DNA from: Pirellula staleyi DSM 6068
Lineage (GTDB): Bacteria > Planctomycetota > Planctomycetia > Pirellulales > Pirellulaceae
DNA length: 32,000 nt
Reading direction: 5' to 3'
NCBI GenBank assembly: GCA_000025185.1
Contig: CP001848.1
Coordinates: 150,001-182,000 of the forward strand
The notes under the pieces are model-generated. The model made no database searches, was not told the DNA's origin, and worked only from the letters and a program-made list of their open reading frames with translations. Positions 26,809 to 32,000 of the stretch are shown here, piece by piece; position 1 is the stretch's first letter; each line of letters opens with the position of its first letter. The position numbers and the translations under genes were made by a program.

Positions 26809-28042
26809 TGATGGCGATGAAGCGTCCCGACCATTCGTTGTCCTCGTCTACCGTTTTGGCATCGGAGAGATCGACCGGGAATGGCAGCTGCTTCAACTTT
26901 TTCTGCATCGGCTTGCTGATGTAATGATGATGCAAATCGAGCCGCGTGAGGTTCGTTTTCGACGCCAGTTGCAGCAGCGCACTGGCCCCCACATCACTCA
27001 GATTACCGAGCGACAGATCGAGCACCTCTAGTTGATCGATGATCGGCGAGGTGACGATCACCGCGGCGATGTCGTCGGCAATTTCAGCGTTGCGAAGTCC
27101 CAGGTACTTGAGCTTGGGAAACAACTTTCCTTTCAGCAGCGGCTGCAGATCGTTCACACGACAGTCGCCACTGTAGTTGGGTGTTCCGAGCCAAAGTTCG
27201 AGGTACTCCAGCTGCGGAAATTTGCCGCGACAAATCTTCCCCACGATCTCTGCCGGGAGACCTCCCGATTCAATTCCCAGCGCGCGAAGCTGCGGATGTT
27301 CGGCGCTGCTGAAATCGAGCCCAGTCGCCCCACGTACGCGGAGCATTTCCAGGCCGGGAAACGACTTGAGAATCAGCGACATATCGCTCTGCTGAATCCA
27401 CGAAATCTCCGCCTCCTCTTGCACAATATCCCCGAGAAAAAGGGCTTTGAGCTGAGGCAATCGATCCTTGTGATGGGCGATCATTTCGACAAACTGGCCT
27501 TCCGACGAGCCCCCTTCCAGGTCGTAGGCACCGATCACGAGCCCCTTGGTTCCGGCGGCTGAATCGCTCTCGAGGAACGCCTGCAAACGCTGGTTAAAAT
27601 CAGGCTCGCCATCGTCCCCTTCTTCGTCGTACGAAACACGAACCCGCACCACACTTTTCCCCTTCAGACTCTTGCCACGATAATCGGCAATCCGCTGACC
27701 GATGAAATTATGCATCAGCTCGAAGTTCTCGCTGGGTGTGGTGCTGAAAAGCATCGGCGAGAGATGCTCGTCCCCCGCAGCGGCAGTGGTTGTGGCGCCT
27801 GCGACTTCAGCAGAACCGGAGGCCGCAGCACTCCCCTTCTCCACATACCCCTTGGTTGTTTTCTCAGCCACCAGTTTGTCGTACGCCTTTTGCGCCTCGG
27901 CAGCCGTGGCGAAGCTTTTGGTCGACTCTTGTCCCTCGGAGCCGATCCGACCGTACTTGGTCACGACATTGGTCTCTTGTAAGTCGATCTTCCAAAACTT
28001 AAACGACTTACCATCGGCGTACTCAAATTCCCGGAAGCTCAC
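26801..28042 (-). CDS. WGR-domain protein fused to ribonuclease-inhibitor-like leucine-rich repeats, STM4015-family type
   Basis: N-terminal WGR domain (FEYADGKSFKFWKIDLQETNVVTKYGRIGSEGQ...AEAQKAYDKLVAEKTKGY). C-terminal ~28-aa LRRs (LKYLGLRNAEIADDIAAVIVTSPIIDQLEVLDLSLGNLSDVGASALLQLA). GTG start 7 nt after AAGGAG. Confidence 0.8.
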   Translation of the reverse strand: MSFREFEYADGKSFKFWKIDLQETNVVTKYGRIGSEGQESTKSFATAAEAQKAYDKLVAEKTTKGYVEKGSAAASGSAEVAGATTTAAAGDEHLSPMLFSTTPSENFELMHNFIGQRIADYRGKSLKGKSVVRVRVSYDEEGDDGEPDFNQRLQAFLESDSAAGTKGLVIGAYDLEGGSSEGQFVEMIAHHKDRLPQLKALFLGDIVQEEAEISWIQQSDMSLILKSFPGLEMLRVRGATGLDFSSAEHPQLRALGIESGGLPAEIVGKICRGKFPQLEYLELWLGTPNYSGDCRVNDLQPLLKGKLFPKLKYLGLRNAEIADDIAAVIVTSPIIDQLEVLDLSLGNLSDVGASALLQLASKTNLTRLDLHHHYISKPMQKKLKQLPFPVDLSDAKTVDEDNEWSGRFIAISE

Positions 28043-28063
28043 AATGATTCTCCTTGGTGGGCG

Positions 28064-29035
28064 TCAGGTTTCTTTAACGGGCTGATACTTCTCGGGATCG
28101 TCGAAGCCGGCCATCCAAGCAGCCGCTTGTCGGCAAGACTTCATGGTGGGTGGGACACGAAGCACATAGTGCCGACCGGTCGAGGGACAGCGGCACGAGA
28201 GACTAACGATCGCTTCGTCCCCCTGCATCGGGACACGGAGTAGTTCGCGCGGTCCGCCAGGGTCGCGATCGCGGTCGAGCGTTTCGGCGCCCGCTTCGAG
28301 CATGAAGCGGTCGAAGCCCATGCGCTCGATCATCACCCGACGACGCTCGGCATTACGCTCTTTCAAAATGATTTTGGCTTGCAGTTTTTCTGGCTCAAAC
28401 GCGGTGATCCGATCGATCTGCACCCCTCGCCAGCGAATGCCATGTTCCTCGAGATGCTGCGGAACACTCGTGAGGCCACTTCCGGCTATTTCGATCCACG
28501 ATGTTACTTGCAGCTGTGGCGGAAGCTCCTTGATTTGCGGACAATTTCCGACGTCGAGTGTTCCCAGATGCGTGAGGCTCTCGGGAAGCGATGTGAGCGC
28601 CGTACAGCCATTCACGCTGAGCCCACCATGCTCGATGCGCGTGCTCGCGGGAAACTTTTGAATCTGGTCGCAGCGGCTGATGTCGAGGAACCAAACTTCC
28701 AGCCCTTCGGGAAGTTCGGTCAGCGCGCGACAGCCCGACACATTCAGCGTGCCGACATGCAAATCGGGTGGAAGCGATTTCAGTTGCACGCAGTTAGCCA
28801 GCGTCAGCACGCACTCGACCTGCAAATCGCTCGGAAGCTCCACGAGGTCGGTGCCGGTCGCATCAAGCTCGTAGCACGAGAGTCCGGCTGGCAGCTGCGT
28901 CAGCCGCGGCAGCCCTGGCTCGAAAAAATTCAGTTTCCCATCAACGCGTAGTCCGGCTGGCGCAGTCCCTTCGAGGATCTGCTTCACCATCAGGGCTTCG
29001 TACGTTTCGCGAGCCACAGGCAACTCCTCCGCCAT
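28064..29035 (-). CDS. LRR protein (8 short LxxLPxxL-type repeats, several Cys-containing) with a conserved ~120 aa C-terminal module of unknown function
   Basis: Repeats LTQLPAGL, LVELPSDL, LKSLPPDL, LTELPEGL, IQKFPAST, LTSLPESL, IKELPPQL, LTSVPQHL at ~21-23 aa spacing. The C-terminal segment ERNAERRRVMIERMGFDRF...CRCPSTGRHYVLRVPPTMKSCRQAAAWMAGF resembles a recurrent bacterial domain whose name I cannot state with confidence. ATG at 29035, 21-nt gap to the next gene. Confidence 0.7.
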   Translation of the reverse strand: MAEELPVARETYEALMVKQILEGTAPAGLRVDGKLNFFEPGLPRLTQLPAGLSCYELDATGTDLVELPSDLQVECVLTLANCVQLKSLPPDLHVGTLNVSGCRALTELPEGLEVWFLDISRCDQIQKFPASTRIEHGGLSVNGCTALTSLPESLTHLGTLDVGNCPQIKELPPQLQVTSWIEIAGSGLTSVPQHLEEHGIRWRGVQIDRITAFEPEKLQAKIILKERNAERRRVMIERMGFDRFMLEAGAETLDRDRDPGGPRELLRVPMQGDEAIVSLSCRCPSTGRHYVLRVPPTMKSCRQAAAWMAGFDDPEKYQPVKET

Positions 29036-29076
29036 GTGTGATTGGCTGGCACACCGGTTCCAACCGAAGCGCGCGT

Positions 29077-29376
29077 CTAGTCGCGGACCACAACGATGCG
29101 CTCGGGCGTATACTCACGCTGCCGCCAGACCCGATATTTCCCTTGCGGGAGCTCGATTTCTGCATGTTCCTGATGCACGACCGTGGCCCGCGGCGCGGCA
29201 ATTTCGAGGAACAGCTCGGGACCCGCTTCCCAGAGCAAAACATTGTCTTGCTCGCGAATCTGATGGCTATGGCCCGTCAGCTCGCCATGCGCCAGGGTCC
29301 GGTGGTTCAGCGACTTGGCCCCTGGCGGAATCTCGTTGACCTTTTGAATCAACACGTCGCCGTGACGAAATAGCAT
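29077..29376 (-). CDS. Small (99 aa) HxH/cupin-like protein of a family recurrent in phage and bacterial genomes; function unknown
   Basis: MLFRHGDVLIQKV..IP.GAK......LAHGELTGHSH......V.L......FLEI.....VVHQEHAEIELPQGKYRVWRQREYTP. The GDVL, GE.TGH.H, H.EH and QREY.P pattern matches a family I recognise without a name. AAGGA lies upstream of the ATG at 29376. Confidence 0.65.
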   Translation of the reverse strand: MLFRHGDVLIQKVNEIPPGAKSLNHRTLAHGELTGHSHQIREQDNVLLWEAGPELFLEIAAPRATVVHQEHAEIELPQGKYRVWRQREYTPERIVVVRD

Positions 29377-29425
29377 GATGGCGATCCTTGCATGGGGGGA
29401 GTAGATTGCTCCGAGGCGGTAGGAT

Positions 29426-29457
29426 TATACCAACTCTTTCAGGTTGGTATAGTTTTT
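29426..29457. promoter_or_regulatory. Perfect 9-bp inverted repeat (tataccaac N8 gttggtata) followed by gTTTTT, in the divergent control region of the cassette
   Basis: Read directly at 29426-29434 and 29443-29451. It is AT-rich relative to its surroundings and is the only strong symmetry element in the 136-bp divergent intergenic region 29377-29512. Confidence 0.35.
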
Positions 29458-29512
29458 CAAAACAGTTTTCAGCAGGACCAAGATTCACGCGCGACAAGCT
29501 GTGTAGGTTTTA

Positions 29513-30313
29513 ATGCGGGACATGAACGCCATCGTCGGAAGGTGCGATCTCCTTCTGCTCACGCTCGACACGCTGCGCTACGATGTGGCCCAGCAAGCGT
29601 GGGAGGCAGGTGAGCTGCCGGTGCTCGGTCAGCATCTTCCCGCGACTGGCTGGGAGCGAAGGCATACGCCCGCGAATTTTACGTACGCCGCGCATCACGC
29701 TTTTTTCGCCGGTTTTTTACCGACTCCCATCGCGCCGGGGCTCCATCCGCGCCTCTTCGCAGCCGAGTTTGCCGGAAGCGAAACCACCACATCCACCACC
29801 CACACTTTTCGCGAGCCCAATATCGTTGCGGGACTCGCAGCACGTGGCTATCACACCCTGTGCATCGGTGGCGTCGGATTCTTTAACATGCGGACAGCGC
29901 TCGGCTCGGTTCTCCCGGCGATGTTTGAGGAGAGCCACTGGTCGGAAGATTTTGGAGTCACTTGCGCCGCGTCGACCGAGCATCAAGTGCAACTGGCCAA
30001 CCAGCGTCTGCGCGAAATTCCTGCGACGGAGCGAGTGTTTCTGTTCATCAATATTGCGGCCATCCATCAGCCGAACTGCGGCTATGTGCCGGGGGCCACG
30101 GCCGATTCGCTGGCGACCCACCGGGCAGCGCTGCGCTACGTCGATCGCTCGCTCGCGCCGCTGCTGGCGACCCTGAAACGTCGCGCCCCCTTCTTTGCCA
30201 TCGTCTGCAGCGATCACGGCACAGCTTATGGCGAAGATGGCTATCATGGTCATCGCCTCAATCACCCGGTGGTGGGTGAGGTCCCGTACTTCGATTTCCT
30301 CTGGGAGAGTTAA
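29513..30313 (+). CDS. Alkaline-phosphatase-superfamily metallohydrolase, STM4013/SEN3800-family type
   Basis: N-terminal metal-site motif LLLLTLDTLRYD and C-terminal IVCSDHGTAYGEDGYHGH, typical of sulfatase/phosphodiesterase-type alkaline-phosphatase-fold enzymes. The ATG at 29522 is an alternative start. Confidence 0.75.
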   Translation: MRDMNAIVGRCDLLLLTLDTLRYDVAQQAWEAGELPVLGQHLPATGWERRHTPANFTYAAHHAFFAGFLPTPIAPGLHPRLFAAEFAGSETTTSTTHTFREPNIVAGLAARGYHTLCIGGVGFFNMRTALGSVLPAMFEESHWSEDFGVTCAASTEHQVQLANQRLREIPATERVFLFINIAAIHQPNCGYVPGATADSLATHRAALRYVDRSLAPLLATLKRRAPFFAIVCSDHGTAYGEDGYHGHRLNHPVVGEVPYFDFLWES

Positions 30314-30321
30314 ACGCTGCT

Positions 30322-30519
30322 AGTACTCCGCCTATCGATCCATGTCATTTTTGAGGGTGCCACTGGCATCTTGTCAGTGCAGAAGTTGGAAGGGGATGTT
30401 TTGGGCGAAAGCTGCCTCTAACACAGAGTCCATTGACACTTCTCACTGGGCAGAGCCCAGTGGCACACTCGATTGCAGTCTACTCATGTTTCCTGACATT
30501 GATCGATAGACGGAGTACT
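30322..30519. repeat. ~198-bp element bounded by 26-bp imperfect inverted repeats (24/26), with nested competing stems; MITE-like or a structured RNA
   Basis: Left arm agtactccgcctatcgatccatgtca (30322-30347). Right arm tgacattgatcgatagacggagtact (30494-30519). Inner stem gtgccactgg (30357-30366) pairs with ccagtggcac (30457-30466), which competes with the local hairpin cactggg-cagag-cccagtg (30444-30462). Confidence 0.55.
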
Positions 30520-30601
30520 GGCGCGCGACATCCGAGCGCACAGCACTCCATCAGCCGCACTTCCAAAGTGATCTCTCGTTCGAACACGTTCCGCCGAACC
30601 T

Positions 30602-31942
30602 ATGCTCGCAACTCCACCCCACACCTTGCTCGATCAGCTGCACGGCGATCCATATGTCGGCTATGCCTATTCGTATCCGCATAAAACGGCCTATCGCGCG
30701 CTCGAGCCACGCACTCTTGGCGAGGTGTGGGAGCACGAATCGCGCTCGGCCCTGTCGCTCTACATTCACATTCCGTTTTGCGAAATGCGTTGCGGTTTTT
30801 GTAACCTCTTCACCTACTCGCAGCCGGCCGACGACTGGGTGGCAAACTACCTGAGCGCTCTGGGGCGTCAGATGGAAGTGGTCGCCGAGCAGATTCCAGC
30901 AGCCCAGTTTGCGCAGCTGGCGCTTGGTGGCGGAACTCCCACCTTTCTGCAAACGGCGGAACTCGCCCAGTTGCTCGAGCAGCTGAAGCGAGTGCTCGAC
31001 GTTCCGCTGGGAAACCTGCCGATCTCGGTCGAAGCTTCCCCCGCCACCACCGACGACGAAAAATTCGCGCTGCTGCGGCACTATGGCGTCACGCGGCTGA
31101 GCCTCGGGATTCAGAGCTTCGATGCCGACGATCTTGGTGCCATCGGGCGTCCTCAGAAGCACGACGATGTAACCCGCGCCATCGAGCGCATCCGTCGCGC
31201 CGGTTTTCCGATCCTCAATCTCGACCTGATCTACGGCGGGGAAGCGCAAACGCGCCGAGGGTGGCTCGAGTCGCTCCGCGCAGCCGCGCAGTACGAACCC
31301 GAAGAACTCTATCTCTATCCGCTGTATGTTCGGCCACTTACCGGACTCGGATCGCGCCCCGCGAAAGCTCCCTCCGATCAGCGGCTCGAGCGCTACCGCG
31401 AAGCGCGCGACTGGCTCCTCGCGAATCAGTACGAGCAAGTTTCGATGCGGATGTTCCGCCGCATGGGCCCATGCGAACAGACGACAACCCGCTACGCTTG
31501 TCAGTCCGATGGGATGATTGGACTCGGCGTCGGAGCACGTTCCTATACACGTCAGCTGCACTACGCCTCGCGCTTTGCCGTGCGACAAAAATCGATCCTC
31601 GGCATCATTCGGAACTACATCGAGCAATCGCCCGCCGAGATGGGGACTGTCGCGCATGGCATCGAGCTCCACAACGAGGAGCAGCGCCGCCGCTACCTGC
31701 TCCTCTCGTTGCTGCAAGTCGAGGGGCTTGATGCGCGGGCTTATCAGCAGCATTTCGCCTCCGATCTCTGGAACGATTTTCCACAGCTGCGCGGGCTGGT
31801 CGATCACCACCTGGCCACCTTCGAAGGCGAGTTGCTAGCGCTCACTCCGGCAGGGCTCGAGCTTTCCGACGCGATCGGGCCGTGGCTCTACTCCAGCGAA
31901 ATCCGCGAGCGCATGGAGGGGTATGCATGGACCGATGCTTAA
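30602..31942 (+). CDS. HemN-like radical SAM protein, STM4012-family type
   Basis: LYIHIPFCEMRCGFCNLF (CX3CX2C), LALGGGTPTFL, RLSLGIQSF and a HemN-like C-terminal domain. The N-terminal YAYSYPHKTAYR is typical of HemN-like proteins. Confidence 0.9.
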   Translation: MLATPPHTLLDQLHGDPYVGYAYSYPHKTAYRALEPRTLGEVWEHESRSALSLYIHIPFCEMRCGFCNLFTYSQPADDWVANYLSALGRQMEVVAEQIPAAQFAQLALGGGTPTFLQTAELAQLLEQLKRVLDVPLGNLPISVEASPATTDDEKFALLRHYGVTRLSLGIQSFDADDLGAIGRPQKHDDVTRAIERIRRAGFPILNLDLIYGGEAQTRRGWLESLRAAAQYEPEELYLYPLYVRPLTGLGSRPAKAPSDQRLERYREARDWLLANQYEQVSMRMFRRMGPCEQTTTRYACQSDGMIGLGVGARSYTRQLHYASRFAVRQKSILGIIRNYIEQSPAEMGTVAHGIELHNEEQRRRYLLLSLLQVEGLDARAYQQHFASDLWNDFPQLRGLVDHHLATFEGELLALTPAGLELSDAIGPWLYSSEIRERMEGYAWTDA

Positions 31943-32000
31943 CCATCCTCTATCGCGGGCCACTGTCGAGTTGCAACTACGGCTGCGACTACTGCCCCTT
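31927..32000 (+). CDS. 5' end of a second radical SAM protein, STM4011-family type (runs off the right edge)
   Basis: My own translation of a frame absent from the ORF track: MDRCLTILYRGPLSSCNYGCDYCP, with CX3CX2C. The ATG at 31927 is preceded by GGAGG (31915-31919) and overlaps the upstream stop by 16 nt. Confidence 0.75.
   Translation, partial: MDRCLTILYRGPLSSCNYGCDYCP

Noticed and set aside
30396-30509. 37-aa ORF (MFWAKAASNTESIDTSHWAEPSGTLDCSLLMFPDIDR) in the structured spacer, preceded by GGAAGGGG; considered as a possible precursor peptide for the radical SAM and ATP-grasp enzymes
   Set aside because: The Shine-Dalgarno-like sequence abuts the ATG with essentially no spacing. The ORF lies entirely inside the inverted-repeat element, and there is no leader/core pattern I recognise. 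It cannot be supported without conservation data, but is worth re-checking if the spacer proves conserved.
30551-31810. 419-aa minus-strand ORF opposite the HemN-like radical SAM gene
   Set aside because: The plus-strand frame has the CX3CX2C and GGGTPTFL motifs, while the minus frame has none. It is a shadow ORF.
1-32000. CRISPR arrays, rRNA genes, transposases, integrases or prophage blocks
   Set aside because: No regularly spaced direct repeats, no rRNA-like sequence and no recombinase or transposase motifs appeared in any of the listed ORFs. The only repeats are the short ones reported above.

Overview
GC-rich bacterial chromosomal window, dense with genes on both strands. The gene content suggests Planctomycetota: a Minf_1886-type protein, a P/Q-rich secreted LolA-like protein, a prenyltransferase-toroid/DUF4159 fusion, PQQ-like beta-propellers and many proteins with long disordered tails. 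This assignment is an inference from recalled family distributions, not a search.

Layout:
- 1-8.4 kb: housekeeping and envelope genes (Minf_1886-like, transaldolase, MFS transporter, HAD phosphatase, secreted and membrane hypotheticals).
- 8.5-15.6 kb, minus strand: a Tad/Flp-type pilus operon, tadZ-tadA(cpaF)-tadB-tadC, two TadE/F-like pseudopilins and a TadG-like gene. No flp pilin, prepilin peptidase or secretin is present.
- 16-25 kb: MATE transporter, ispE followed by an unusual spoVG, PQQ-like propeller, Tat-exported amidohydrolase, and a large toroid plus 2x DUF4159 protein.
- 25.5 kb: a tRNA(CAU) gene with a strong terminator.
- 25.6-32.0 kb: the most interesting region. Two divergent operons together carry all five gene types of the functionally uncharacterised STM4011-STM4015 cassette: two radical SAM enzymes, an alkaline-phosphatase-superfamily hydrolase, an ATP-grasp-like protein and a WGR+LRR protein. 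They also carry two extra genes (an LRR protein with a conserved C-terminal module, and a small HxH cupin-like protein) and a highly structured 288-bp spacer. The last gene runs off the right edge.

No CRISPR array, rRNA, transposase or integrase was seen. All family names are recalled from motif recognition. No database search or numeric GC calculation was possible.
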